DNA from: an uncultured cyanobacterium | GTDB taxonomy: Bacteria > Cyanobacteriota > Cyanobacteriia > PCC-6307 > Cyanobiaceae | DNA: 64,000 bases | NCBI GenBank assembly: GCA_963697335.1 | Contig: CAVONQ010000002.1 | Span: forward strand, 224,001-288,000 | Reading direction: 5' to 3' | Part shown: positions 10,804 to 20,661 of the stretch, one piece after another | Numbering within the stretch: the stretch's first letter is position 1 | Layout: each line of letters begins with the position of its first letter | The notes under the pieces: model-generated | What the model was told of the DNA's origin: nothing | Databases searched by the model: none | Seen by the model: the letters and a program-made list of their open reading frames with translations, nothing else | Position numbers and translations under genes: made by a program

Positions 10804-13800
10804 GCCAGCCGCTCCAGCATGGGATCGAGCAGCTCGGCGGCCAGCTCCCGCACCGGGTTCTGCTCCAGCAGGACCACCCCCGGCAGCTCAGCCCCGAAAC
10901 AGAGGGCCTGCTCGGGCTCCAGCCGCTCACCAGGCACCTGGAAGCTCCCCTCCCAGCGGTTGATCGCGGCGCCCTCGTCCTTCAGCAGCAACGCCCAGCC
11001 CGTCTCCGGCGGCACCGGCCAGCAGCGCTGCCGCCACTGCTGCCGCAGGGCCGCCAGGCGCTCCAGTTCGGCCCGGGCGCCTTCCGCATCGGGGGCCTGG
11101 AGCTCCAGCTCCTTCCCGAATCCCTTGCTGCCGCGGGCCAGCAGCACGGCCCCGCTGGGCTGCTGATCGGCCGCGGCGGCCAGCAGTAGCCGCAGCCACA
11201 GCTCCAGCCGCTGGCGGCTGTGGGCCCGGGCGGTGTGCACGAGCACCACGCTGCTGCCGCGCCAGGGCAGCTCCTGCTGCCAGGACTGCCAACTGGCCAG
11301 CCGCTGCTGCGCCGGTCCCAGGGTCTCCAGGGCCTCGGTGAGGTCGCGCCAGCGTTGCGCCAGCCCCTCGGCCTCCAGTTCTCCTCCCGCCAGGGGCGGC
11401 AGCAGGCCGCGCCCCCGCTGGGCCTCAAGCCAGCTGCCGGCCTCAGCCAGGCGATCGTCCGCCGGATCGGCCGGGCAGGTCTCGCCCCGGCCCAGGGCCT
11501 GGCGCAGCAGGGAGGAGCGCTGGCGCTCGTCCAGGGCGGCGGCGTCCAGATCCTCGATGGCCTCGCTCCACTCCTTCGGCTGCAGCCCGAGCGACTCCAG
11601 CCAGCTCCCCTGGGGTTGCGCCAACCAGTGGCGCAGGTCTTCGTAGAGGCTGGGGGAGGGGGGGGTGCTTGACGCGATGCTCTCCGGGGCGGCCGTGGCT
11701 GCCAGGGCCCGCAGCAGCGGGGGGGGCTGCGGCCGATCCAGCAGCTGCCGGGCCGCCAGCCGGCGGCGGTCGCAGCTGGCCGGCGGCCCCTCCGCCGTCG
11801 GCAGGAAGTTGGCGCGCTCGAGGGGGTTGGCGGGATGCTCCTGCACCAGCCCCGAGGGGCCTGAGGCCGGGCTGAGGGCGCTCTCCAGCCAGGCGATCCA
11901 CTGGCTCACCGGGGTAGCGGGCTGCAGCGGCTCCCCCTTGCGCTCGTCGCGGCAGTTCCAGGTGATCAGCAGGTGGTCGCGCGCCGAGAGCAGGGCCTCC
12001 AGCAGGGCGTAGCGATCCTGATCCGCCGGGCTGGGATCGCCCAGCTGCCGCTGCCGCTCCAGGTGGTGAAACCCAGGCCGCCGGCTCTGGCGCGGAAAGC
12101 TGCCCCCATCGAGGCCCATCAGCACGATCACCCGGTGGGGAATCGCCCGCATCGGCTCCAGGGCACTGATCGTGAGCGCCCCACTGCGGTGGCCGAACCG
12201 GCCGGCCTCCTCGGCCAGCCGCTCCTCCAGCACTGCCGCCACCACGGGAGCCGCGAGTTGCAGCTCACAGCCGGCAGCGGCCCGCTGCCAGTCGTCGATG
12301 GCGGCCAGCAGCGGTGGCAGCTCCCAGGCCGCATCGCCTGCGTCGCCGAACAGATCCTCCAGGCCGGCCTGCAGGCTCCTGGCCCAGGCGCCACTGCTGC
12401 GGGGCCGCCGCCACCGCTCCAGCCAGTGGCGCAGCCGGCCGAGCAGATGCAGCCAGCGCCCCAGCAGCTCCAGGCTGGTGCCAGCGGCAAACGGCGCCGT
12501 CTCGGCCGGGGCCAGGCCGGGCGTCTCGGGCAGCACCAGCCCCAGCAGCAGCCGGTCGATCGCCCAGCTGAGGCTGCCGCAGGCCTCGCCGCCCCGCTCG
12601 AGGCCATCCAGTCCCCAGCGGAACCCCAGCCGCTGCAGGTTGCGGTGCAGGTCGGCCATCTCCTCGGCGCTGAGCTGGAAGCGCTGCCGCAGGGCTGGGC
12701 TCTCCAGCAGGGCCTGCAGCGAGGAGGCGGTGAGCCGCTCCCCCGCCTGGCGTACCAGGGCCAGCAGGCTGGGGCCCAGACCGGCCTGGCCCTGCTGGCT
12801 GCGATCGGTGAGACGCCAGTCGAGCGCCACCCCGGTGGCCTCGCGGTCGCCGAACACCGAGGCCACCAGCGGCGCGAAGGCATCCACCTGGGGCGTCATC
12901 ACCAGCACGTCCCGGGGCTGCAGGCTGGGGTCGTCATGCAGCAGCTGCAGGATGCGGTCCCGCACCAGCTCCAGCTGGCGCAGCCGCCCCGGACAGGCGT
13001 GGAATTCCAGTGAGCGATCGCCCCTGGTGGCGCGCTCCAGTTCGGGGGTGCTGGCGGGATCGACCAGCTGGCGCTGCAGCTGGCGCAGCAGCGGTGCCGG
13101 CTGCCCCGGGTCGGCGGGGCCGGTAGGGGAGGTCAGGCTGGTGGGATCCAGGAAGAGGTCCCCCTGCTGGCTCGCCCCCAGCTGGCCCTGGCCCGTGCCC
13201 TCCAGGAGCTGCTGAAACTCTGCCCCCAGGCGCCCGAAGCGGGCCTCCAATCCCCCCGCCTGGGCCAGCCAGTCCGCCCCGAGGGGCTGGCGCAGGGCCA
13301 CGGCGTCGCTGAGCAGGGAGCGGCGGCTGCGGCAGTGCTGCCAGAGGTCGGGGCAGGGGGTGAGCAGGTACACCTCCACCGCCATGCGGCCACTGAGGGC
13401 GTGCAGCAGCTCCACCTGCACCGGGGCCATGCTGCTGAGGCCGAACAGGCGCAGGCGGGCGGGCAGCTCGGGGCAGGTGTCCGGGTGTTGCTGCAGCCGT
13501 GCCACGGCCTCCCGCACCCGCAGGCCGAAGGGCTTCACCCCGAGCTTCTGGCGCAGCAGCCGTACCAGCAGGGCCTGCCAGTCGCTGCCATCCTCCAACC
13601 CCTCCCACCACAGGCCCAGCAGGTCGGGGCGGTAGAGGGCGTAGTCGTCGAGGGCATCGGCGATGCAGCGGCCCAGCTGCCACTGGGCCAGCCCCAGCTC
13701 CTGGCCGGAATCGCCCCGTTGCTGCAGCCAGCGGCGCAGGGGGGCGGCGGCGGGCTCGTCCACCAGGGCGGGCAGCAGCTCCAGCACCGGCCACACCAGG

Positions 13801-14072
13801 TCGTTGGCTCGCCAGGGATCCCGCTCGCCGCCTTCCCCGCCCAGCACGGCCTCGAGCATCCGACGCAGCAGGCTGCCCGGGAAGGGGTAGCGGATGTTGG
13901 CGGCGATGCCCCCCAGCTCCACGGCCAGCTGCTCGCCCAGCCAGCGGCTGGTGGGCCAGGTGTTCACCACCACCTGCACCGTCTCCAGTGGCGGCGGCGG
14001 ATTCTCGCGAAGTTGCACGGCCAGCAGGCTGGCCAGGGTTTCGGCCCTGTTGCTTCGGAAGACGGTGAGCAC
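10800..14072 (-). CDS. recC: Exodeoxyribonuclease V gamma subunit
   Basis: VFRSNRAE N-terminus, PRDVLVMTP, PMRAIPHRVI, DRYALLEALLSAR; first gene of the recC-B-D operon; GTG start at 14072. Confidence 0.93.
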   Translation of the reverse strand: MLTVFRSNRAETLASLLAVQLRENPPPPLETVQVVVNTWPTSRWLGEQLAVELGGIAANIRYPFPGSLLRRMLEAVLGGEGGERDPWRANDLVWPVLELLPALVDEPAAAPLRRWLQQRGDSGQELGLAQWQLGRCIADALDDYALYRPDLLGLWWEGLEDGSDWQALLVRLLRQKLGVKPFGLRVREAVARLQQHPDTCPELPARLRLFGLSSMAPVQVELLHALSGRMAVEVYLLTPCPDLWQHCRSRRSLLSDAVALRQPLGADWLAQAGGLEARFGRLGAEFQQLLEGTGQGQLGASQQGDLFLDPTSLTSPTGPADPGQPAPLLRQLQRQLVDPASTPELERATRGDRSLEFHACPGRLRQLELVRDRILQLLHDDPSLQPRDVLVMTPQVDAFAPLVASVFGDREATGVALDWRLTDRSQQGQAGLGPSLLALVRQAGERLTASSLQALLESPALRQRFQLSAEEMADLHRNLQRLGFRWGLDGLERGGEACGSLSWAIDRLLLGLVLPETPGLAPAETAPFAAGTSLELLGRWLHLLGRLRHWLERWRRPRSSGAWARSLQAGLEDLFGDAGDAAWELPPLLAAIDDWQRAAAGCELQLAAPVVAAVLEERLAEEAGRFGHRSGALTISALEPMRAIPHRVIVLMGLDGGSFPRQSRRPGFHHLERQRQLGDPSPADQDRYALLEALLSARDHLLITWNCRDERKGEPLQPATPVSQWIAWLESALSPASGPSGLVQEHPANPLERANFLPTAEGPPASCDRRRLAARQLLDRPQPPPLLRALAATAAPESIASSTPPSPSLYEDLRHWLAQPQGSWLESLGLQPKEWSEAIEDLDAAALDERQRSSLLRQALGRGETCPADPADDRLAEAGSWLEAQRGRGLLPPLAGGELEAEGLAQRWRDLTEALETLGPAQQRLASWQSWQQELPWRGSSVVLVHTARAHSRQRLELWLRLLLAAAADQQPSGAVLLARGSKGFGKELELQAPDAEGARAELERLAALRQQWRQRCWPVPPETGWALLLKDEGAAINRWEGSFQVPGERLEPEQALCFGAELPGVVLLEQNPVRELAAELLDPMLERLA

Positions 14073-14086
14073 GGCCGGCGCCCGGC

Positions 14087-14785
14087 TCAGGCCGGAGCGA
14101 CCAGGCGGGAGGGGGAAACCGGCGGGGGGGCTTGCCCTATGAACTGCGGGGCTCGGCCCATGAACCAGGGGCGGTCGCCGGCAACGCTGCGGGTGGCGCC
14201 GGTTTCGGGGCAATAGGCGGAGAGGCGGCCGCCATAGCAGGCGCCGGTGTCAATCAGCACGATCTGGCCCCGGTTCTTGCGCCGCACGGCCTTGCCGGGG
14301 GTGTGGGCCACGATCACGTCGCCGAAGCGACCGTCATAGGTGTCCCAGAAGGAGCTCCGCACCGTGAGCGAGGGCTCCCAGCTGTCGGGATCAAAGCCGG
14401 CGTGGGTGGCTACCCAACCGCTGCCCCAATACACCAGGGGCAGGGCATCCAGCCGCTCAAGCCAGAGGCGGCAGCCGCGATCCCCCAGCTGGCGGTAGGT
14501 GTCGCAGGCGGCCAGGACCTCGCGGGCGCTCGGGCCCCGCAGCTTCAGGGCGCGCACCAGGCTGGCCTCATGGTTGCCCTGGAGCCACACGGCGCGACCG
14601 CAGCAGACCAGCCCCCAGGCCAGTTCCATGCTGCGCTCGATCTGGGGCCCCCGATTGATCACATCGCCGCAGAGCACCAGCCGATCGCGCTCGGGCAGGA
14701 GACCGGCCAGCCGTTCCAGGGCGTCGGCGCAGCCATGAACGTCCCCGATCACCCAGTGGCGGGAGGGAACGGCGGGGGGCGTCAT
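14087..14785 (-). CDS. Metallophosphoesterase (PPP/ApaH-like phosphatase)
   Basis: GDVHG, GDVINRG, GNHE, HAG, IDTGA motifs. Confidence 0.9.
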   Translation of the reverse strand: MTPPAVPSRHWVIGDVHGCADALERLAGLLPERDRLVLCGDVINRGPQIERSMELAWGLVCCGRAVWLQGNHEASLVRALKLRGPSAREVLAACDTYRQLGDRGCRLWLERLDALPLVYWGSGWVATHAGFDPDSWEPSLTVRSSFWDTYDGRFGDVIVAHTPGKAVRRKNRGQIVLIDTGACYGGRLSAYCPETGATRSVAGDRPWFMGRAPQFIGQAPPPVSPSRLVAPA

Positions 14786-14924
14786 CAGGAGTCTGCGTTG
14801 GTACCAGTCTGGCCCCTGGCCGCCCGACCTGTCAGTAGTCGGTGCGAAACCACATGGCCCCAGGCCCTGGCCCGCAAGGCCAGGACAGCACTGGTACGGT
14901 TCGCCACACCTGCCACCGGGAGCC

Positions 14925-15290
14925 ATGGAGTTGCAGTCATTGACGGTGTTGCAGAGGGTGCAGGCCCTGGTGAAGGCCCTCAACGGCGCCCGCCGCACCA
15001 ACGAGGCCCTGGCCCGCTGCAGCAATGGCGAGGAGATGCTCGATGTGCTGCTCAACGCCTCCGCCAAGCTCGGTCTGGGCCTCAGCCGCGAGCAGCTGCG
15101 CGACACGCCGCCGATTCGTGACTGGGTGTGGTGGAAGAACAAGGAGGCCCTGCTCACCATCGGCGACAACAAGCCCCGCTATCAGCAGGATGGGGGCCAG
15201 GGACGGGCCAGGCCCGAGCCGGCCTCGAGCCCGGCAGACCCAGACCCAGCCGCGCCGCCCGAGCGCAAGCGCTTTTTCGGGCTGTTCTGA
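14925..15290 (+). CDS. Hypothetical protein with weakly Nif11-like N-terminal helical region
   Basis: Coding-like ORF divergent from the phosphatase gene. Confidence 0.7.
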   Translation: MELQSLTVLQRVQALVKALNGARRTNEALARCSNGEEMLDVLLNASAKLGLGLSREQLRDTPPIRDWVWWKNKEALLTIGDNKPRYQQDGGQGRARPEPASSPADPDPAAPPERKRFFGLF

Positions 15291-15296
15291 ACCGGC

Positions 15297-15617
15297 TCAG
15301 GCCAGGCTGGCCAGGGGATCGGCGATGGCGCTGCTGGGGGCCTCGAACTGGCCCACCAGTACGAACTCCAGCCGCAGCTTCAGGAAGGTGATGAACTTCT
15401 CGTCGGTGGAGAGCACCGCTGCAGCCGGCCTGGGCACGGTGCTGGTGCTGGCGGCGAGCTCAGGGGCCTCCAGAAAGGCCGGCCGGCGCACCAGCCAGAA
15501 ATCGATCGCCTTGCCCTGTTCGCCGTAGTGGCGTACCCGCTCGCGCAGCACCTCCTCCAGGGGCTCTTCCACCGTGAGGAACGACTCGCTGGCGGCAACG
15601 AAGTGGTAAGTGCTCAT
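15297..15617 (-). CDS. ycf54: Ycf54, Mg-protoporphyrin monomethyl ester cyclase accessory protein
   Basis: [37 protein letters not shown]. Confidence 0.92.
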   Translation of the reverse strand: MSTYHFVAASESFLTVEEPLEEVLRERVRHYGEQGKAIDFWLVRRPAFLEAPELAASTSTVPRPAAAVLSTDEKFITFLKLRLEFVLVGQFEAPSSAIADPLASLA

Positions 15618-16363
15618 GGCTGCAGGCTGCCGAACAGGGGGTCGCGGCGCGGATTCTGAACCAGCGCCTTCATCTCGCGCACGGCCTGCGTCAGCCCCAC
15701 GGCCAGGGCCCTGGCCACGATGCTGTGGCCGATGTTCAGTTCCTCCATCGCCTCGATCCCCGCCACCGGCTCCACGTTCTGGTAGGTGAGGCCATGGCCG
15801 GCGTTCAGCCTCAAGCCCAGGCTGCGGGCGATGAAGCTGGCCTCGCAGAGCCGGGCCAGCTCCCGGGGTTGCTCACTCCAGGCGGCGTCGGCGTAGGCCC
15901 CGGTGTGCAGTTCCACCCAGCGGGCGCCGCAGGCCCGGCTGGCCTCCAGCTGCTGCGCCACGGGATCCACAAACAGGCTCACGCCGATGCCCTCCTGCTG
16001 CAGCCGGCCCACGAGATCCGTCAGCGCCGCGCCCTGGCCGGCCACGTCGAGGCCGCCCTCGGTGGTCACCTCCTGCCGCTTCTCGGGCACCAGGGTCACC
16101 ATGTCGGGGCGCAGGCGCAGCGCCACGGCGGCCATCTCGGCGGTGGCCGCCATCTCCAGATTGAGGCGGCTGCGCACGGTCTGGCGCAGCAGCTCCACGT
16201 CACGGTCCTGGATGTGGCGGCGGTCTTCGCGCAGGTGCACGGTGATGCCATCGGCCCCACCCAGCTCGGCCAGCAGGGCGTAGGTGACCGGGTCGGGCTC
16301 CACGGTGCGCCGGGCCTGGCGCACCGTGGCGATGTGGTCGATGTTGACGCCGAGGCTGGCCAT
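15614..16363 (-). CDS. pdxJ: Pyridoxine 5'-phosphate synthase
   Basis: [39 protein letters not shown]. Confidence 0.97.
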   Translation of the reverse strand: MASLGVNIDHIATVRQARRTVEPDPVTYALLAELGGADGITVHLREDRRHIQDRDVELLRQTVRSRLNLEMAATAEMAAVALRLRPDMVTLVPEKRQEVTTEGGLDVAGQGAALTDLVGRLQQEGIGVSLFVDPVAQQLEASRACGARWVELHTGAYADAAWSEQPRELARLCEASFIARSLGLRLNAGHGLTYQNVEPVAGIEAMEELNIGHSIVARALAVGLTQAVREMKALVQNPRRDPLFGSLQP

Positions 16364-16491
16364 GGCAGCGGATAGGGGCCCTTTGGATCCTATGGAGCAG
16401 CCCTGGGGCGATCGCGCTGCCCCCGATGGGCCGCAGGCTCAACTGCCCGCCCGGGCGGCGACAAGCGGGAGTGGGTCCGTAGCTTGCCTGA

Positions 16492-17346
16492 ATGATCTCG
16501 ACCCGGGAGCGAGCAGCAACAATGGCCCGACCGGAGGCTGAATCCGAGGGCCCGGGCCGTCTCAGTCGCGCCGATGCCGGCTCTGCCCAGCTCCCCGCGC
16601 GCTCAAGGGAGCGCAGCGTCTGCCATGGCATCAGCCCCTGGCTGGCTCCTGTGGCGATGGTGGCCACCCAGGATCTGGCCCTGCCCCTCTGGTTCCGCTC
16701 CCTGGAGGTGCAGGGCCAGGAGTTCCTGCCCGCCAGCGGCCCGGTGTTGCTGGCCCCCACCCACAAGGCCCGCTGGGACGCCCTGCTGCTGCCCTACGCG
16801 GCGGGTCGCCGCGTCAGCGGCCGTGACTGTCGCTTCATGGTGACCATTGATGAGATGCGGGGGCTGCAGGGCTGGTTTCTGCGGCGGCTCGGCTGCTTTG
16901 CGGTGAACCAGCTGCGGCCTTCCCTGGCCAGCCTGCGCTATGCCGTGGAGCTGCTGGAGGCCGGCGAACAGCTGGTGGTGTTTCCGGAGGGGCGCATCCG
17001 ACGGGAGCCCGCCGTGCCCCGGCTGCAGCAGGGGTTGGCGCGCCTGGCTCTGCTGGCGGCCAGCAAAGGGGTGCAGGTTCCGGTGGTGCCCGTGGGCATT
17101 GCCTACAGCCACAGCCTGGCCCTCCCCTGTGCCAGCGGCGCGCTGCATCTCGGTGCGCCGATGCGCATTCAGGGCGAGGGCCGAGAGGCGGCGAAGGCCT
17201 TCACGGCCCAGCTCGCCGCTGCCATGACGCTGCTGGAGAGCCAGGCGGCCGAGAGCCTCGGCCTGCCATCGAGGCCGAGATCCTGTCCGGGGATGGCCCA
17301 GGACGGCGGCCCAGAGCCATCCGGTGCTCCAGACCAGTCCCCTTAG
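16492..17346 (+). CDS. Lysophospholipid acyltransferase (PlsC family)
   Basis: HxxxxD (THKARWD) and FPEG motifs; start uncertain. Confidence 0.85.
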   Translation: MISTRERAATMARPEAESEGPGRLSRADAGSAQLPARSRERSVCHGISPWLAPVAMVATQDLALPLWFRSLEVQGQEFLPASGPVLLAPTHKARWDALLLPYAAGRRVSGRDCRFMVTIDEMRGLQGWFLRRLGCFAVNQLRPSLASLRYAVELLEAGEQLVVFPEGRIRREPAVPRLQQGLARLALLAASKGVQVPVVPVGIAYSHSLALPCASGALHLGAPMRIQGEGREAAKAFTAQLAAAMTLLESQAAESLGLPSRPRSCPGMAQDGGPEPSGAPDQSP

Positions 17347-17358
17347 AGTTTCGCCACC

Positions 17359-17913
17359 ATGACATCCTCTGCCGTGCATAGGCTCCACCGCCGTCTGTGC
17401 GGAACTGCTCTGGCCCTGACGGCCGTGCTCGCGCCCCTCGCGGCGACTCCGGTCCTGGCCCAGCAGGAGCCTGAACGCACCCTCGCAGGGACCCAGAGCC
17501 CGATCAGCCTCAATGCCGTCAGGAAACTGCTGGCCCAGGGCGATGCTGCTGCCGCCAGCGGCAATCTCACCGAGGCGCGCCGCAACTTCGATCTCGCCCG
17601 CGACTACTGCCGCCGCCTGCTGGGCTTCTACCGCGATCTGAGCGGCTCGTTCCGGGGCCTCGACGCCCGCATCCCGCGCGAGATGGATCAGAAGGGGCGA
17701 GAGGCCCTGGAGCTGATGGCCCAGACCAACCTGCGGCTGGCGGCCCTGTTCCGCCGGCAGAACGAGCCGGAGGTGGCCGTGCCCCTGCTGGTGGAGGTGG
17801 TCAAGGTGATGACTCCCACCACCGAGGAAGGCCGCAAGGCCTACCAGATGCTGCTGGAGATCGGTTTTGCTACCACGCCCTACACGGCCGGCCAGGCGGC
17901 AGCGGCCAGCTGA
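17359..17913 (+). CDS. Exported helical (TPR-like) hypothetical protein
   Basis: Signal peptide ending VLA-Q, helical repeats. Confidence 0.75.
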   Translation: MTSSAVHRLHRRLCGTALALTAVLAPLAATPVLAQQEPERTLAGTQSPISLNAVRKLLAQGDAAAASGNLTEARRNFDLARDYCRRLLGFYRDLSGSFRGLDARIPREMDQKGREALELMAQTNLRLAALFRRQNEPEVAVPLLVEVVKVMTPTTEEGRKAYQMLLEIGFATTPYTAGQAAAAS

Positions 17914-17956
17914 GCCGGACAACCCCCTAGATTCCCGCCGTTGCGACGACCGCCCC

Positions 17957-18190
17957 ATGGTGCAACCTGACGAGGTCAAGGCCGCCATCCAGCGCGCCAT
18001 GCCCGATGCCCAGATCGCGGTGGAGGATCTCACCGGCGGCGGTGACCATCTCCAGGTGACGGTGGTCTCCACGGCCTTCACCGGCCTCACCAGAATCCGC
18101 CAGCATCAACTGGTGTATGGCGCCCTGCGCCAGGAACTGGCCAGCGAGGCGATCCATGCCCTGGCCCTGCAAACCTCAATCCCTAGCTGA
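17957..18190 (+). CDS. bolA: BolA family protein
   Basis: GGGDH, F.GL.RI.QHQLVY, IHAL; directly upstream of grxD. Confidence 0.93.
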   Translation: MVQPDEVKAAIQRAMPDAQIAVEDLTGGGDHLQVTVVSTAFTGLTRIRQHQLVYGALRQELASEAIHALALQTSIPS

Positions 18191-18195
18191 ATTTC

Positions 18196-18519
18196 ATGGA
18201 CGCTTCTGTCAAGCAGCGCATTCAAACCCTGGTCACCAGCAGCCCGGTGGTGGTGTTCATGAAGGGCACCAAGCTGATGCCCCAGTGTGGCTTCTCCAAC
18301 AACGTGGTGCAGATCCTCAACGCCCTGGGCGTGCCCTTCGAGAGCTTCGATGTGCTCTCCGATGCTGAGATCCGCCAGGGCATCAAGGAGTTCTCCGAGT
18401 GGCCCACCATTCCCCAGGTGTATGTGAACGGGGAATTCATCGGCGGTTCAGACATCCTGATCGAGATGTACAACTCCGGGGAGCTCAAGGAGCAGCTGGC
18501 CGTGGCCCTCGCCAGCTGA
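18196..18519 (+). CDS. grxD: Monothiol glutaredoxin Grx4
   Basis: PQCGFS, WPTIPQ, GGSDI. Confidence 0.96.
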   Translation: MDASVKQRIQTLVTSSPVVVFMKGTKLMPQCGFSNNVVQILNALGVPFESFDVLSDAEIRQGIKEFSEWPTIPQVYVNGEFIGGSDILIEMYNSGELKEQLAVALAS

Positions 18520-18557
18520 CCGTCCCAACGAACGGCCAGCGGCCCGCCGTGATCGGC

Positions 18558-18836
18558 TCAACGGCGGCCGGTTTCGTAGCCGCTCTCGTAGAGCGCCCTC
18601 AGGTCGCCGTCCGGGCCGATGAAGCTGGAGGGGTCGAGAATCCAGCGCTCCACCAGCTCCTCCAAGCGCCGCAGCGCCAGGGGATCGAGTACTGACGTGC
18701 GGCGCAGCGCGTGCAGGTAGCCATCGGCATAGAGCCGCAGGTCCCCTGGGCCGTGGTGCCGGTGCGAAAGCTCCTGGCAGGCGTCACACAGCGACTGGAA
18801 GTGGCGGATGGCGTCGGGGTGCTGAAGCGCGTTCAT
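18558..18836 (-). CDS. Conserved cyanobacterial hypothetical protein
   Basis: IRHFQSLCDACQ...LRLYADGYLHAL...DPSSF resembles a recalled cyanobacterial family. Confidence 0.75.
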   Translation of the reverse strand: MNALQHPDAIRHFQSLCDACQELSHRHHGPGDLRLYADGYLHALRRTSVLDPLALRRLEELVERWILDPSSFIGPDGDLRALYESGYETGRR

Positions 18837-18998
18837 GGTGAGGGCTGACCCTGGTTGCCATTCTGGCCATGATCGTGGATGGGCGCGCAGCGGACCACCG
18901 AACCAGCCGGCTCGCCTGTTGACAGCAGTGGCTGATACGTGTCGGGTCTCGACAGGGCAGTTAGGTTGGAGCGACTCAGGGTCTTGACCCCCACAGCG

Positions 18999-19787
18999 GT
19001 GCCCACCGAACCACCCCCTTTGCTGCAGCCTGCCTCCGATCTGGCCAAGCGTGTGCTGGTGGTTGATCCCCACGCCACCCTCCGCACCGTTCTGGCCCAG
19101 CGCCTGCGGCAGGACTCCCATCTGGCTGCCGCCGTCGCCACGGCAAAGGAGGCCCTGGAGGTGTGCCGCGACCAGTCGCCCGATCTGCTGATCAGTGCCG
19201 AACTGCTGGATGAGAGCAGTGCGCTACGCCTGGCCAGCCAGTTGCGCTGCCCGGTGATGGTGCTCACCGCCCGCTCCGGCTCCGAGCCCGTCGTCACCCT
19301 GCTCGATGCCGGCGCTGACGACGTGCTGCGCAAGCCGTTCGGGCTTGAGGAGCTCGCCGCCCGCTGCCGCACCCTGCTGCGGCGCAGTTCCACCGGCCTG
19401 CAGGAGCAGGTCTGCGTGGGTCCCCTGGAGGTGCACCTGCTGCTGCGCCAGGTCACCCTGCGCGACCAGCCCGTGGAGCTGAGTCCGCGCGAGTTTGCCC
19501 TTCTCTGTGCGCTGTTGATGCCGCCTGGGGTGGTGCGCAGCCGCCAGGAACTGCTGCGCATGGCCTGGCCCCCGTTCAGCGGCGGCCCCCGTTCCGTGGA
19601 TACCCAGGTGCTCACCCTGCGCCGCAAGCTGGAGCAGGCCGGCCTTGGAGAGGGCGGCGGCATCGACACCGTGCGTCAGCAGGGCTACCGCTTCAGCCTT
19701 GACACCCTGCCCGAGCATCCGGCGGCAGGGCCTGACCTGCTGCCGGTCGGTTCACCCCTGGCCAACCCGGTCAACTCCCTGGCTTGA
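18999..19787 (+). CDS. OmpR-family response regulator with atypical (pseudo)receiver domain
   Basis: LTAR, GADD..KPF..EL.AR, winged helix LSPREF.LL, VDTQV..LRRKL, TVR.QGY; start uncertain. Confidence 0.88.
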   Translation: MPTEPPPLLQPASDLAKRVLVVDPHATLRTVLAQRLRQDSHLAAAVATAKEALEVCRDQSPDLLISAELLDESSALRLASQLRCPVMVLTARSGSEPVVTLLDAGADDVLRKPFGLEELAARCRTLLRRSSTGLQEQVCVGPLEVHLLLRQVTLRDQPVELSPREFALLCALLMPPGVVRSRQELLRMAWPPFSGGPRSVDTQVLTLRRKLEQAGLGEGGGIDTVRQQGYRFSLDTLPEHPAAGPDLLPVGSPLANPVNSLA

Positions 19788-20303
19788 CACCAGCGCCCAG
19801 ATCAGTTCGCCGGCCAGCATCACACCACTGAGTGCTGCCAGCAGTTGGTAGGTCCAGGGTGGGCTGATTCGACCGATGCCGGCGATGGTCAGGCCGCTGC
19901 TCGCTGCGAAGCGATTGAGGAAGTCTGGAAAGCGAGCCACGCGCTGGGGCAGCAGCCAGGCCGAGCCATCGCTGGAGCGCACGTAGTACACGCGGCCCCC
20001 CTGGCTGGTGGTGACCGGCGTGAGGGCGGTGATGCTGCTCCAGTTGAGGCTCCAGCCTCTGCGCAGCAGCCAGCTGCACCAGCGGGGATGGCCCACCCGG
20101 ATCCCCTCCCCATCGAGCTCCACCCGTTCGCTCGTGAGAGCCATGACCAGGACCAGGCCAGCTGCCAGAGCCAGAAGCAGCAGTGCGGTGGCAGCGCCAC
20201 CGGGGGCCAGGGCCGGCAAGGGCACCACCAGGGCCAGGTAGAGGGCCAGCAGGGTGAAGCGGATCAGCGGCGCCATCGGGTAGCGGTGCGTCGCTGGGGT
20301 CAT
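19752..20303 (-). CDS. Membrane hypothetical protein
   Basis: Two N-terminal TM helices, soluble middle domain, C-terminal TM helix. Confidence 0.7.
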   Translation of the reverse strand: MTPATHRYPMAPLIRFTLLALYLALVVPLPALAPGGAATALLLLALAAGLVLVMALTSERVELDGEGIRVGHPRWCSWLLRRGWSLNWSSITALTPVTTSQGGRVYYVRSSDGSAWLLPQRVARFPDFLNRFAASSGLTIAGIGRISPPWTYQLLAALSGVMLAGELIWALVSSQGVDRVGQG

Positions 20304-20596
20304 CGGTCCTCAGGCGATCCGGGCAGAGGTTCCAACAGCGCTGACGGGCTGTAGGCGCCGCTGAACACCTCCTGTTCGCGCCCCTTCCAGAACGCGCCCA
20401 AACGCATCAGATCGGCGTGGGCCTCCTGGAGACGCTCGAGATACTCCTCCGGGGCCAGCTCCTGCTTCGTCTCCTTCAGCTTGGCGAGACGCAGCATCTG
20501 CAGCAGCCAGGGTTTGCTGAGGTCGCCCCGTTGCTCCAGGTAGCGGGCCAGCTGGGCGGCGCTTGGTTGCTCAGGCGGGGGCGAGCTGCTGGGCAT
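20300..20596 (-). CDS. Hypothetical protein
   Basis: 98-aa ORF overlapping the downstream gene start (ATGA). Confidence 0.7.
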   Translation of the reverse strand: MPSSSPPPEQPSAAQLARYLEQRGDLSKPWLLQMLRLAKLKETKQELAPEEYLERLQEAHADLMRLGAFWKGREQEVFSGAYSPSALLEPLPGSPEDR

Positions 20597-20661
20597 CTCA
20601 GGGAGCGGCTGTGGCCACTCACGTTATGAAGACTGCCGGCGGCGACGTGGCTGCCGGGGGC

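Noticed and set aside
5432..14072. Chi-like GCTGGTGG sites around recBCD
   Set aside because: Expected from Leu-Val codons in a ~70% GC genome; enrichment cannot be judged by eye
14925..15290. Nif11-like protein as a RiPP/lanthipeptide precursor
   Set aside because: No double-Gly site followed by a Cys/Ser/Thr-rich core, and no modifying enzymes nearby
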